Below, in pieces: positions 8,501 to 17,245 of a stretch of 33,382 nucleotides of DNA; the stretch's first letter is position 1, and each line of letters begins with the position of its first letter. The notes under the pieces were generated by a model, which did not search any database, was not told where the DNA came from, and saw only the letters and a program-made list of their open reading frames with translations. The translations under genes were made by a program, and so were the position numbers. The stretch lies in the sequence record SRR20825010_2287; one strand, written 5' to 3'.

Positions 8501-9970
8501 TTCATTAATGACCAAAGTTCGATAAGCCGTTTGTGTGGCATTGGTCACAGAACTCATTAGCGCAGAAGCCAGTGCATTCCCACTCTGATTCGCCACGTTG
8601 CTAATGGTTAGCTGATATGTATTATTCGCGAACTCAGTTGCAAAGGTGAGCACCACTTGGTTTAACTCAGCTTCATTTCTGGCCGCTGAGGTGGGTGAGG
8701 CGTAGCCAAAATCCAAACCGTAATTGCTCGCCAAATTCGCAGATGTGGACTCTACATCCTGATTAAAAACTACTTGAATCTGAGTATTTGAAAGTGTTGA
8801 AATACTTGAAACCGCCAGCGGTAAATAAGAAAAACTAGATGTCAAATTTGTAGTCGAGGCCAATGTAGATGTATCTTTTACTCCATTGATCGTCAAACTA
8901 AAATTGTTTTCCGAAAGATCATTACCGAGTGTGAGCACCACTTTATTTAATTCGGTTGCACTTCTTGCCGCTAAAGTAGGGCTGCCAATTTCATTATCAA
9001 TTACATAGTTCGATGCTGTTTCAGCAGTGGTTTGATCAAGATTCAAATTGAAACTCGCCTCAAGAGAGTTCTTAGAAAGCACACGCACAGCTGTGATGGA
9101 AAGAGGTTTAACATAACTAAAGGCAGATGTTAAATTAACTGCTGGAGTAGTGTTTGCTGCATCCTCCACATTATTCACCGTGAGTTGGTAATTAGCGTTT
9201 GCCATTACCGAAGTGGTCAAGGTAACTTGGTTTGTGGCCGTTCGAGAAGCAGAAACCACATTTATGGATTGATCGATGCTATAATTGGCGGCAATTTCAG
9301 CAGTAGCTTGAGTTACCTCTTGGTTGAAATTAACCACAATGGAAGTGGAGCTAGGAGCATTTGTTGAACTAACCGCAAGAGGCAAAACTTGCTCTACAAT
9401 GCTTATATCATCCATGATGAATTCCGCTGCCGAGCCAGAACCATTCCCCCTCTCAACTTTCATTTTTACCACTACATTACTTTGCCCAGTGGCTTGGCTG
9501 GGCAACTCGTACTCATACTTGGTATAGTTAGTCGAATCCTTATTGGGGAAAGTAGTGCTATCGCCAATAGAGACGTTGTCCAGAAAACTATCACCTCCAT
9601 CAATAGACGTTGAGAAGCTCACTAAAGCGGATCTAGTTGAAGTTTCTCCTCCATTTTTTTTGGAATAAGCATAAAAAGATAAAAGCGGGTTATTGACGCC
9701 AGTAAAGTCCAAAGCGATTAACACCTCACCTGAAAAAGTAGAAATAGGAATAATATTGAGTGAGCTAGAACCAGTTCTCCCATCTGATCCCTGAAAAATT
9801 CTTGAATTATCCTTTACTTCATTGCCTGTCCAGTTTGAAATAAAGACCACCGGCTTACCAGCAGTAAAATCACCTTCGAAACTTTCACTATAAGGAAAGG
9901 TGTTAATCTGACTTAACGTTATATTTGCGCTAAGCAGAAGAAGAGACACTATGACGATGGCTAACCTCAT
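2507..9970 (-). CDS. Large secreted protein with lamin-tail domains, Ig-like repeats and a T9SS-type C-terminal domain
   Basis: Signal peptide ending at about ...ITLS/Q; five (L/I)xIxEI...E(F/Y)(I/V/L)E...G(T)PG lamin-tail domains; about 14 'F..v....A....NY' Ig-like repeats; C-terminal WDGT...GYYLI motif. Confidence 0.88.
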   Translation of the reverse strand: MRLAIVIVSLLLLSANITLSQINTFPYSESFEGDFTAGKPVVFISNWTGNEVKDNSRIFQGSDGRTGSSSLNIIPISTFSGEVLIALDFTGVNNPLLSFYAYSKKNGGETSTRSALVSFSTSIDGGDSFLDNVSIGDSTTFPNKDSTNYTKYEYELPSQATGQSNVVVKMKVERGNGSGSAAEFIMDDISIVEQVLPLAVSSTNAPSSTSIVVNFNQEVTQATAEIAANYSIDQSINVVSASRTATNQVTLTTSVMANANYQLTVNNVEDAANTTPAVNLTSAFSYVKPLSITAVRVLSKNSLEASFNLNLDQTTAETASNYVIDNEIGSPTLAARSATELNKVVLTLGNDLSENNFSLTINGVKDTSTLASTTNLTSSFSYLPLAVSSISTLSNTQIQVVFNQDVESTSANLASNYGLDFGYASPTSAARNEAELNQVVLTFATEFANNTYQLTISNVANQSGNALASALMSSVTNATQTAYRTLVINEIFADPTGADQPDPQTLPSGTSDEFIELYNAGSKAIDLASFDLTGGTIVSYVLQPQAYVILTSTSNVTDFQTYGNVVGVSSWNGLSNGGEQLLLKDNLGNLVDSLTFSTDWYKDDTKADGGWSIEQINPELVCSDINNWQASNNAQGATPSAQNSVYDNSPDVKVPNLREVKIDSPSQLSLFFDEIMDDASLAGASYSLSNGGTIASETVNQATHKSVVLSLTAPMISGTIYTVSLSGATDCAGNAIGTNSLEFLFDNLAPVLQRLVFKDSTTIDMVFDEKLNESLAESESNYSINLGIQNPTKSVVDANKDSRVRLTFGASMSTATTYELTYENLADTLDNMLVSTSLTFDFVNQIDTVIVVSAQLLNVHFEADVDETTAEQLTNYWVDGSIGNPVAASLDNTNPRLIHLVFNANFDENKNQYISFEGIQAANNSYLQLFNTTFVYDTDDPDIDSVVVIDERNLRVYFDEILDETSAESVNNYTVNNGIGNPVLVSRQEDKQSVLLQFAQEFQQEVKNRLSITGVQDLSGNAISTQRNEDFTYDRLAPSLVGLTLTSPTTILVEFSEEVVEEVSENVNNYSVDNGIGAPLTAVRTEKNTNIVELTFSALGNNPQNTLRISNISDVFKNRLPVDLTATFSSLKPILGAFTVLNDTTVQIQFTKALNKSAAENIGNYAFDNDLGLKSAVQDPADASLVTLNLTIPLKEDLKYRLVVQQLLDADGNTSEVISYDFTYSTHIVSIQTLSQNSLVLTFDQELDEAAAEAIQNYVLNSGIGNPISAVRSPGDFKVVTLLFNTNFEEGLNYELTVQNIKDLFGFTINSSRNKLSYDLTPPVILEVNSKYLNEIEVVFNESLNVATARTINHYSLNNGVGNPTSATLMADSSTKVLLKFGVPLTNSMAYQLTVDRVQDKQGNAIDAAAFDFIFSAPFTPAFRDLVINEIYFDTRVTSNLPNAEFIELYNRGNENIELRDFLLTDKRDTAVFTEQTVAPGEYLAVTTQGAVTQYLNYGKAIGLSNFPSLSNTGESVYLLGRNKAVIDSIAYDQTFYNDTMKASGGFSVELINPEKPCFEYTNFAASISPNGGTPASENSVFNVSADVAAPSVNKLEVISTTELKLTFDEAMDIGTLIPTNFTLENGVSVISIVVLDPYGRSIQLKLNKELAKGYELSLATSGITDCSGNALSINNFTFVKGDSPVFHELLITEIMATPSPSKGLPGVEYVEIYNNSDRVIDLGGLFFGDKDGSYQLTNKNIHPDAYLILAGNSAATALAAYGDVLAVNSFPTLTIEDEAKLKDTDGNVIFEVSYDRSYYQSDAKDDGGYSMELINPLVTCFDSSNWIASNDTNGGTPGIQNSVFDITPDTTEPMLVSFSVESETQLKITFNEAMDTASIVTSSLNLSGGLQVSSIEILDDFGQVILVNLLGAFQRGAMYSITLSGLSDCEGNVISTVTKNFSLGAVPSYQELIITEIMSNPSPSQGLPVVEYLEVFNASSKIISLEGLTLSDGSSSTKLGNFNLNPSEFSILAASSDKTELEPYGNVLGVASWPSLNISGDNVSLKLGDQIIHSVDYSSAWYRSSSKANGGFSLELIDINYPCVEQPNWKASEALVGGTPGAPNSVSGINPDLTGPELIKAVALNTNQIQLVFNEKCDYSSLHKSNISISGGISVSHINITPGYKSATLELTNSLTSNTVYQLTVENITDCSGNLISANARQATVVIAVQAEPLDIIVNEILFNPKTGGVKFVEIYNQSNKYINLKNWRIEGKTNDRVISTEDIVVAPLSYEIITTDGYILKNQYARTQLSSIIEMSTLPSLPSDAGIVRLINSNTVVIDEVEYYEDYHSSLLNSVDGVSLERIRFSGQSNDANNWQSASSQSGYATPGYQNSQAQSQPTSVATLNIDPKAFAPDVVGSASFTTINYEFDNTGNVLTVSIYDSNGNLIKNLSQNSIVGTSGFFRWDGTTSTGEKARMGYYLILFEIIEPSGKVTLKKETVAIGTRF

Positions 9971-10073
9971 CTGAGATTATTAGGTGATTAATTAATAGCT
10001 TCTTAAAATACAAATAATATCGTTACATTTCACATATAATATTAATTATGTGTTTATAATAATGAAATAAAAA

Positions 10074-11057
10074 ATGAAAATAGCAGTAGTTGGCGCCACT
10101 GGGCTTGTTGGTGGAGAAATTTTAGAGGTTTTAGAGGAAAGAAATTTCCAGTTTGATGAGTTGCTCCTTGTTGCTTCAGAGCGATCCGTTGGTAAGAAAA
10201 TGTCTTTTAAGGGCAAGGAATATGAGGTCATTGGCTTGACCAAAGCTGTTGAATTAAAACCTGACTATGCCATATTTTCAGCCGGAGGAACTACTTCCTT
10301 AGAATGGGCACCACAGTTTGCCGCTGCCGGCTCAACCGTTATCGACAACTCTTCAGCATGGAGAATGAGCCCCGACCATAAGCTAATTGTGCCTGAAATC
10401 AACGCATCTAGCCTCACTGCGGAAGATAAAATTATTGCCAACCCTAACTGTTCCACCATCCAAATGGTGGTGGCTCTGGGGCCTTTGCATACCAAGTATA
10501 AGATCAAGAGAATCGTGGTTTCTACTTACCAGTCGGTGACTGGTTCGGGAAAAGCTGCTGTTGATCAAATGATGAACGAGCGCAACGGAATTGAAGGAGA
10601 CATGGCTTATCCACATAAAATAGACATGAATGCCCTGCCTCATATCGATGTGTTTTTGGATAATGGCTACACCAAAGAAGAGATGAAAATGGTGAACGAA
10701 ACCAAGAAAATTTTTGGTGATGACTCTATGCGCATTACTTCAACCACAGTAAGAATTCCAACAGTTGGAGGGCATTCTGAAGCGGTAAATATTGAGTTCG
10801 AAAATGATTTCGACCTTGAAGAATTAAGAGGTATTTTAGAGAATTCTGAAGGCGTAATTGTTCAAGATGATCCAAAGAACAATCTCTACCCAATGCCACT
10901 AACAGCACATAAAAAGGATGCCGTTTTTGTGGGGCGTTTAAGAAGAGACGAAAGCCAACCAAACACATTGAATATGTGGATTGTGGCTGATAACCTAAGA
11001 AAAGGAGCGGCTACCAATGCGGTACAAATTGCAGAATACTTATCTAAAAACAGCTAA
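10074..11057 (+). CDS. asd: Aspartate-semialdehyde dehydrogenase
   Basis: VVGATGLVG; IDNSSAWRM; catalytic NPNCST; STYQSVTGSG; DNLRKGAATNA. Confidence 0.97.
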   Translation: MKIAVVGATGLVGGEILEVLEERNFQFDELLLVASERSVGKKMSFKGKEYEVIGLTKAVELKPDYAIFSAGGTTSLEWAPQFAAAGSTVIDNSSAWRMSPDHKLIVPEINASSLTAEDKIIANPNCSTIQMVVALGPLHTKYKIKRIVVSTYQSVTGSGKAAVDQMMNERNGIEGDMAYPHKIDMNALPHIDVFLDNGYTKEEMKMVNETKKIFGDDSMRITSTTVRIPTVGGHSEAVNIEFENDFDLEELRGILENSEGVIVQDDPKNNLYPMPLTAHKKDAVFVGRLRRDESQPNTLNMWIVADNLRKGAATNAVQIAEYLSKNS

Positions 11058-11060
11058 TTT

Positions 11061-12245
11061 TTGATAGAAGTACTGTTAACACCTGAGGTTCAAAAATTTA
11101 TTCGGGATCATGAAAACGATGATCCCGCTACTTTGATGCTTCGGGCAAAACAATATGCTGATATACCCTTAAAAGAAGCCGTTGAACAGATTAAATCCAG
11201 AAAAAAAGCGAAAGCCAAATTGCCCACTTGGTTTGCTGCAAACAATCTAATTTACCCACCACCGCTTTCCTTAGAGCAATCTTCTTCAGCCATTACCGCT
11301 GAGTATAAAGCTTCACTTTTTTCAGGTGAAAAATTCATAGACCTGACTGGCGGTATGGGCATTGATTTTTCCTTCCTTTCAAAGCCCTTTAAAAAAGGAG
11401 TTTATATTGAACGACAAGCGAACTTGGTAGAAATAGCGCAACATAACATGAGCTGTTTGGGCATAAAATCATCCCAGTTTCATAATACCGAAGCCGAAGA
11501 CTTCCTAAACCAAGTTTCTGAAAAATTCGATCTTATTTTTCTAGATCCAGCCCGAAGGGGAAGCCATGATCAAAAGGTTTTTAGGATTGAAGATTGTGAG
11601 CCCAACGTGCTTTCATTACTTCCATTAATGAGGGCCAAAGGAAGTTCAATATTAATGAAGACTTCGCCCCTGTTAGATATTAAAGGCGCTGTAAGAGACC
11701 TTGGAGGAGCTACTGAAGTTCATGTCGTGGCAGTAAACAACGAAGTAAAAGAATTGCTATTTATTATTGATGAAAAGGCAAATGAAAACCCAATCATTAA
11801 AGCAGTAGACCTAACTCATGACAAAGTTAATTTTCAATTCGACTATACGGAAGAACAAAATACCAACCCAGTTCATGGAAGTATTGAAAACTATTTGTAT
11901 GAACCCAATGTGGCGATCCTAAAAGCTGGTGCCTTTAAAAGTATTGCTGCTCGGCTTGGTTTAACAAAGCTTCATGTGAACTCTCATTTGTATACCTCAA
12001 AGATGCTAGTCACCAGTTTTCCTGGTAGAAGTTTTAGTTTGATTGAGGAGATAAGCCTCAACAAAAAAGATCTTCGCAAAGCCATACCGGATATGAAAGC
12101 GAATATCACGGTTCGAAATTACACAATGACGGTGGAACAAATAAGAAAGAAAACTAGCTTGGCAGATGGAGGTAATCTGTACATTTTTGCCACTACGGAC
12201 CAGGCAGGTAAAAAAGTAGTGCTATGTGAAAAGGTAGATCAATAA
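11061..12245 (+). CDS. Class I SAM-dependent methyltransferase with C-terminal THUMP-like domain
   Basis: LEQSSS; motif I DLTGGMGID; LDPARR; KTSPLLD; YLYEPNVAILKAG. TTG start 3 nt after the asd stop. Confidence 0.85.
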   Translation: MIEVLLTPEVQKFIRDHENDDPATLMLRAKQYADIPLKEAVEQIKSRKKAKAKLPTWFAANNLIYPPPLSLEQSSSAITAEYKASLFSGEKFIDLTGGMGIDFSFLSKPFKKGVYIERQANLVEIAQHNMSCLGIKSSQFHNTEAEDFLNQVSEKFDLIFLDPARRGSHDQKVFRIEDCEPNVLSLLPLMRAKGSSILMKTSPLLDIKGAVRDLGGATEVHVVAVNNEVKELLFIIDEKANENPIIKAVDLTHDKVNFQFDYTEEQNTNPVHGSIENYLYEPNVAILKAGAFKSIAARLGLTKLHVNSHLYTSKMLVTSFPGRSFSLIEEISLNKKDLRKAIPDMKANITVRNYTMTVEQIRKKTSLADGGNLYIFATTDQAGKKVVLCEKVDQ

Positions 12246-12392
12246 TAGAATTACCAACGGAAGTCCATAGTATTTCAATACTAATAATCGGTTTTGTCTG
12301 CTCATCCACCAAAGCATACGCCATGGGGAATACAGCCCAATAATCATAGATACTGCGGCAACACCAATCAGAAACTTTAGTACTACTTCCAT
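12222..12392 (-). CDS. Small membrane protein, 56 aa, 2 TM (not in the ORF track)
   Basis: Translated by hand: MEVVLKFLIGVAAVSMIIGLYSPWRMLWWMSRQNRLLVLKYYGLPLVILLLIYLFT*. Two hydrophobic helices joined by a basic Trp-rich loop; fills the intergenic gap. Confidence 0.75.
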   Translation of the reverse strand: MEVVLKFLIGVAAVSMIIGLYSPWRMLWWMSRQNRLLVLKYYGLPLVILLLIYLFT

Positions 12393-12415
12393 ACCAAAAG
12401 AAAGCTAATTTCATT

Positions 12416-12449
12416 AAAAAAGCCATTCCGATTTCTCAGAATGGCTTTT
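12416..12449 (-). terminator. Intrinsic terminator of the rimP-nusA-infB operon
   Basis: AAAAAAGCCATTC-N10-GAATGGCTTTT, 20 nt past the infB stop. Confidence 0.8.
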
Positions 12450-12469
12450 CAATTTACGTTTTAGAACAC

Positions 12470-15328
12470 TTAAAGTGTTCTTTTTACTTCTTGAATTTCG
12501 AAACCTTCAATTACGTCTCCTTCTTTAATATCGTTAAAGCCTTTAATGCTCAAACCACATTCGTAACCAAATTTAACCTCAGCCACATCGTCTTTGAAAC
12601 GTTTCAACTGACCGATATTTCCAGTATAAGTTACAATACCATCTCGGATCACTCGGATTTGATTGTTTCTCTTGACGAAACCATCTAATACAAAACAACC
12701 TGCAACAGTACCCACTTTAGAGATTTTGAATACTTCTCTGATTTCGATGTTACCAGTAATTACCTCCTTCTCGGTTGGCTCAAGTAAGCCTTCCATCGCA
12801 TCTTTGATCTCGTTAATCGCATCATAAATGATAGAGTAAAGTCTGATTTCGATTTCTTCGTTTTCAGCAATTCTTCTAGCACCGCTAGATGGTCTTACTT
12901 GGAAACCAATGATCACCGCATCAGAAGCAGACGCTAGCAACACATCCGACTCGGAAATTTGACCAACGCCCTTATGGATAATATTTACTTGAACTTCTTC
13001 AGTAGAAAGCTTCAGTAATGAATCACCTAAAGCTTCTATAGAACCATCCACGTCACCTTTAATGATTACGTTAAGTTCTTTGAAGTTACCCACAGCCAAT
13101 CGTCTACCGATCTCATCAAGGGTAATATGTTTCTTTGTCCTTACACTTTGCTCACGTAGAATCTGCTCTCGTTTGTTGGCAATTTCTCTGGCTTCACGCT
13201 CAGAGTTCATTACATTAAAACGGTCTCCAGCTTGAGGAGCTCCGTCCAAACCTAACATTTGAACTGGTGTTGAGGGACCAACTTCTTTCAGCTTATTTCC
13301 TCTGTAATCGAACATGGCTTTCACCTTACCGTAATGCGGTCCGGCCAAAAGTACATCACCAATTTTTAATGAGCCACCTTGAACCATTAGTGTCGTTAAA
13401 TAACCTCTACCTTTATCTAGAGAAGCTTCTACAACGGTACCTATAGCGTTCTTTTCTGGGTTTGCTTTTAACTCTAGCAGTTCAGCTTCGAGCAATACTT
13501 TCTCCAAGAGTTCTTCCACACCTTGACCGGTCTTGGCTGAAACTTCTTGGCATTGGTATTTACCACCCCAGTCTTCCACCAAAATATTCATTTGGGAAAG
13601 CTCTTCCTTAATTTTATCAGGGTTGGCGTGCGGCTTATCAATTTTATTAATTGCGATTACGATAGGCACTTCAGCCACTTGCGCGTGATTGATGGCTTCT
13701 TTTGTTTGTGGCATCACGTTATCGTCTGCTGCCACCACAATAATTACAACGTCAGTGATTTTCGCACCACGCGCTCTCATTGCAGTAAAGGCTTCGTGGC
13801 CTGGTGTATCTAGGAAAGCGATTTTCTTACCGTCCTTAGTAGTTACGTCATAGGCACCAATGTGCTGTGTAATACCCCCAGCTTCACCTTCCGTTACTTT
13901 AGAGTCTCTTATATAATCAAGCAATGAAGTTTTACCGTGGTCAACATGACCCATAATGGTTACAATCGGAGCTCTGTCTAATAGATCTTCCGCTGCATCG
14001 GTTTCTTCAACAATTTCAACGTCTTCGTCAGCTGAGGTAAAGCTTACATCAAAACCAAATTCATCGGTAATAATGGTTATCGCCTCGGCATCTAATCGTT
14101 GGTTAATTGAAACGAACATTCCCAAACTCATACAAGTCGAGATTACTTCGTTTACAGTTACGTTCATCAAAGAGGCCAAATCACTCGCAGAAATAAACTC
14201 TGTTACTTTAAGTACTCTTGACTCTTCGTGCTCCTGAAGCATTCTTTCTTCGGCAGCTTCAGCGGCAGCACTCCTCTTTTCTTTACGGTATTTAGATCGG
14301 CCTTTTCCACCACCTTTTCCACCACTTAAGCGGGCAAGCGTTTCCTTGATCTGATCTTGTATTTGCTTATCTGTAAGTTCTTCTTTCGGAACCCTTTTTC
14401 TAGTATCTGCACCTCCGCCTCTTTGTGGTGGTCTTCTATCTCCTCCACCAGCTGCTGCTCCAGCTCCTCTATTAGGGTGTTCTGGTTTAGACTGAATTCT
14501 CTTTCTTGGGCGCTTTTTCTTATCAGCCGCAGATTGATTTCCACCTCTTTGGTCTTGCTTAGGCTTTTCCTTTTTGGTAGGTAATTCAATTTTACCCAAT
14601 ACCTTCAGTCCGCTTAGCGAGTCAGCTTTTGCCTTAATCGTTTCACTTTCTATGGGGGCTGGCGCTACCGGAGTTGGCTTAGGCGCTTCTGGCTTTTTCT
14701 CTTCTACTTTAACCTCTGCCTTTTTCTTCGGGTCAAGGTCTATTTTACCCAATACTTTAAAAGTGTGAGGCTTATCATCCTTCACTTCTTTCTTAGGCTC
14801 TTCTGCCTTTTTATCAACCTTAGGAGCTTCTTCTTTAGCAGCAGGAGCAGGCGTTGTCTCTTCTTTAACAGGACTTACATCTTCTTTAAGAGGAGCAGGT
14901 TTGGGAGCTTCTTTCTCAGCTTTGGGCTCTTCCTTCACCTCTTTAGGCGCCTCAACAACAGGCGTAGGCTTTGGCTCTTCCTTCTTTACAACCTTCTCGC
15001 TGCTTACGTTCTTTATAAGCACCTCTTTTTCTTCGGATTCTGTCTCTTCAACCTTCTTTGGAGCAACTGAAGGAGTGGGCTCAGGTTTTGAAACCGGCTT
15101 TTCTTCGGTATGCTTATTACCGATAGTTAGATGAGAAGCCTCCTCTTTTTCAGAAGCTGATGCAGCAAATTCTTTAGCGAGCATACTGTACTGCTCGCCA
15201 GTGATTTTCGCGTTTGGACTGCTGTCAACATCAAATCCTTTAGAGGAAAGGAAGTCCACTATGGTACTACTACCAACGTTCAGTTTCCTCGCCACTTGGC
15301 TAAATCTCATCGTTCTTTCTTCTGCCAT
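12470..15328 (-). CDS. infB: Translation initiation factor IF-2
   Basis: [37 protein letters not shown]; long low-complexity N-terminal region. ATG at 15328 preferred over TTG at 15334. Confidence 0.98.
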   Translation of the reverse strand: MAEERTMRFSQVARKLNVGSSTIVDFLSSKGFDVDSSPNAKITGEQYSMLAKEFAASASEKEEASHLTIGNKHTEEKPVSKPEPTPSVAPKKVEETESEEKEVLIKNVSSEKVVKKEEPKPTPVVEAPKEVKEEPKAEKEAPKPAPLKEDVSPVKEETTPAPAAKEEAPKVDKKAEEPKKEVKDDKPHTFKVLGKIDLDPKKKAEVKVEEKKPEAPKPTPVAPAPIESETIKAKADSLSGLKVLGKIELPTKKEKPKQDQRGGNQSAADKKKRPRKRIQSKPEHPNRGAGAAAGGGDRRPPQRGGGADTRKRVPKEELTDKQIQDQIKETLARLSGGKGGGKGRSKYRKEKRSAAAEAAEERMLQEHEESRVLKVTEFISASDLASLMNVTVNEVISTCMSLGMFVSINQRLDAEAITIITDEFGFDVSFTSADEDVEIVEETDAAEDLLDRAPIVTIMGHVDHGKTSLLDYIRDSKVTEGEAGGITQHIGAYDVTTKDGKKIAFLDTPGHEAFTAMRARGAKITDVVIIVVAADDNVMPQTKEAINHAQVAEVPIVIAINKIDKPHANPDKIKEELSQMNILVEDWGGKYQCQEVSAKTGQGVEELLEKVLLEAELLELKANPEKNAIGTVVEASLDKGRGYLTTLMVQGGSLKIGDVLLAGPHYGKVKAMFDYRGNKLKEVGPSTPVQMLGLDGAPQAGDRFNVMNSEREAREIANKREQILREQSVRTKKHITLDEIGRRLAVGNFKELNVIIKGDVDGSIEALGDSLLKLSTEEVQVNIIHKGVGQISESDVLLASASDAVIIGFQVRPSSGARRIAENEEIEIRLYSIIYDAINEIKDAMEGLLEPTEKEVITGNIEIREVFKISKVGTVAGCFVLDGFVKRNNQIRVIRDGIVTYTGNIGQLKRFKDDVAEVKFGYECGLSIKGFNDIKEGDVIEGFEIQEVKRTL

Positions 15329-15364
15329 ACTCAAATATCCCTTTTTTTAAGCGTTTAAAAAATA

Positions 15365-16612
15365 TCAGTCTTTATCAAATTCTTGCGAAAGGATACCAAA
15401 AACGTGCTTTATTGTCTCTTCCTCTAACTCTGTTCTTCTCACAATATCCTCTTGAGAAAGGGCAAGCACACTCTTTGCGGTATCTAGACCAATTTTCTTT
15501 AACTCATCAATAATCCAGCTGTCGATTTCATCAGAAAATTCATCCAAATCAACATCTTCTTCTTCGAGTTCAGATAACTCTCTGAACACATCTATTTCTA
15601 ATCCAACTAGCTTAGAAGCTAATTTTATATTCTGTCCGCCTTTACCAATGGCCAATGAAACTTGGTCTGGTTTAAGGAAAACTGAAACTCTACCGTCTTC
15701 ATCCCGAATTTTCATGCTAGTAATTTTAGCAGGGCTTAATGCTCGGGCGATGTACAACTCCATGTTATCGGTAAAGTTGATTACATCTATATTTTCGTTT
15801 TGAAGCTCACGCACGATAGAATGGATTCTAGACCCTTTCATACCCACACAAGCACCTACAGGGTCAATACGATCATCGTAAGATTCAACAGCTACTTTAG
15901 CTCTTTCTCCTGGTTCACGAACTACTTTCTTAATAGTGATCAAGCCATCATAAACTTCTGGCACTTCATTCTCGAAAAGTCTTTCGAGGAATTCTCCTGA
16001 AGTTCTTGAAAGTATAATTTTCGGGCTACCATTTACCATGTCTACACGGTCGATAATAGCACGTACAGAATCTCCTTTACGGAAACGGTCTTTTGGTATT
16101 TGCTCTGCCTTCGGAAGTGAAATCTCATTTCCTTCAGCGTCAATTAGCAATACTTCTCTGCCCAAAATCTGATATACTTCAGCAGAAATCATTTCACCCA
16201 CTAAGTCTTTGTATTTCTGATAAAGAAGATCCTTCTCCAAATCCTTAATTCGTTGAATCAAAGTCTGACGAGCAGTCATTACCGCCCTGCGACCAAAGTC
16301 CAATAATTTAATTTCTTCCGAAACTTCCTCACCGATCTCAAAATCAGGCTCGATCAAACGCGCGTCAGTAAGACTAATCTTGTCATAGTCCCAAATGTCT
16401 TCTGAATTGTCGTCAACGATTTCTCTGAAACGCCAAATCTCCAAGTCACCCTTATCGGCATTAATAATGATATCAAAGTTATCATCAACCTCGTACTTTT
16501 TTCTGATCATGGTTCTGAAAACATCTTCCAGAATTCTGATCATCGTAGGTCTGTCGACATTTTTATTTTTTGCAAACTCTGCAAATGATTCGATTAATAT
16601 TGAACTGTCCAT
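15365..16612 (-). CDS. nusA: Transcription termination/antitermination factor NusA
   Basis: FGRRAV; REPGERAKVAV; DPVGACVGMKGSRI; AIGKGGQNIKLA. Confidence 0.98.
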   Translation of the reverse strand: MDSSILIESFAEFAKNKNVDRPTMIRILEDVFRTMIRKKYEVDDNFDIIINADKGDLEIWRFREIVDDNSEDIWDYDKISLTDARLIEPDFEIGEEVSEEIKLLDFGRRAVMTARQTLIQRIKDLEKDLLYQKYKDLVGEMISAEVYQILGREVLLIDAEGNEISLPKAEQIPKDRFRKGDSVRAIIDRVDMVNGSPKIILSRTSGEFLERLFENEVPEVYDGLITIKKVVREPGERAKVAVESYDDRIDPVGACVGMKGSRIHSIVRELQNENIDVINFTDNMELYIARALSPAKITSMKIRDEDGRVSVFLKPDQVSLAIGKGGQNIKLASKLVGLEIDVFRELSELEEEDVDLDEFSDEIDSWIIDELKKIGLDTAKSVLALSQEDIVRRTELEEETIKHVFGILSQEFDKD

Positions 16613-16617
16613 TCTGA

Positions 16618-17085
16618 TTACTTAAATGACACTAATACATTCGCTTTTTCGATAGTATCGAAATTGATTTCCACCAATTCAGCACCTATTTTCTTTTTCT
16701 CTTTTACTTCTTTTTCAAACTTAATGGTATTCTCGCAAACCTCTATGAGTTTTCCTTTTACAATTGAGCTATCTGTTAAGACCAACTTCAGATCTCTGCC
16801 TACATTCTTCTGATATTGTCTTTTCAATTTCAGCGGGTGGTCAAGACCAGGTGAAGAAACTTCTAAGATATATGGATCATCCATAATGGCCTCGGCTTCC
16901 ATTTCGTTACTGATGGCTCGGCTTAAATCTGCGCAATCGTCAATGTTAAAACCAGTGTCACTATCCAAAAGCACCAATATTTTGGTTTTGCCAGAAACAC
17001 CTTTGACAATCACCTCTACGATAAAGTAGGATTCATCCTTCAGGCTATCAATAGCCACCTTCTCAACAAAATCCTTTAAATCCAT
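16618..17085 (-). CDS. rimP: Ribosome maturation factor RimP
   Basis: IDDCADLSR; YILEVSSPGLDHPL; first gene of the nusA-infB operon. Confidence 0.95.
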   Translation of the reverse strand: MDLKDFVEKVAIDSLKDESYFIVEVIVKGVSGKTKILVLLDSDTGFNIDDCADLSRAISNEMEAEAIMDDPYILEVSSPGLDHPLKLKRQYQKNVGRDLKLVLTDSSIVKGKLIEVCENTIKFEKEVKEKKKIGAELVEINFDTIEKANVLVSFK

Positions 17086-17098
17086 AAACTATTATCAG

Positions 17099-17127
17099 AA
17101 AACAAAGAGGGGACTTTTGGTCCCCTC
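17099..17127 (-). promoter_or_regulatory. rimP leader hairpin (attenuator-like)
   Basis: GAGGGGAC-CAAAA-GTCCCCTC followed by TTTGTTTT on the minus strand, between the promoter and the ATG. Confidence 0.7.
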
Positions 17128-17150
17128 GTGGTAAATTCCCTTAAGTGATG

Positions 17151-17181
17151 CAAAATTAATGTTTTTTTTATTCAAATCAAA
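17151..17181 (-). promoter_or_regulatory. Bacteroidota housekeeping promoter of the rimP operon
   Basis: TTTG-N19-TAATTTTG, an exact match to the -33/-7 consensus. Confidence 0.75.
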
Positions 17182-17245
17182 TAAATGTCTGAGAGATAGA
17201 TTTTAACGTCAACGTATATTATTTTGGACAAAACTCAAAGCGAAA

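Noticed and set aside
12193..12426. 77-aa track ORF
   Set aside because: It starts inside the terminator and has an implausible composition; the 56-aa frame at 12222-12392 explains the region better
14400..15120. Lys/Glu/Pro-rich repetitive stretch with several antisense ORFs
   Set aside because: This is the ordinary low-complexity linker of IF-2; the antisense ORFs are codon-bias shadows
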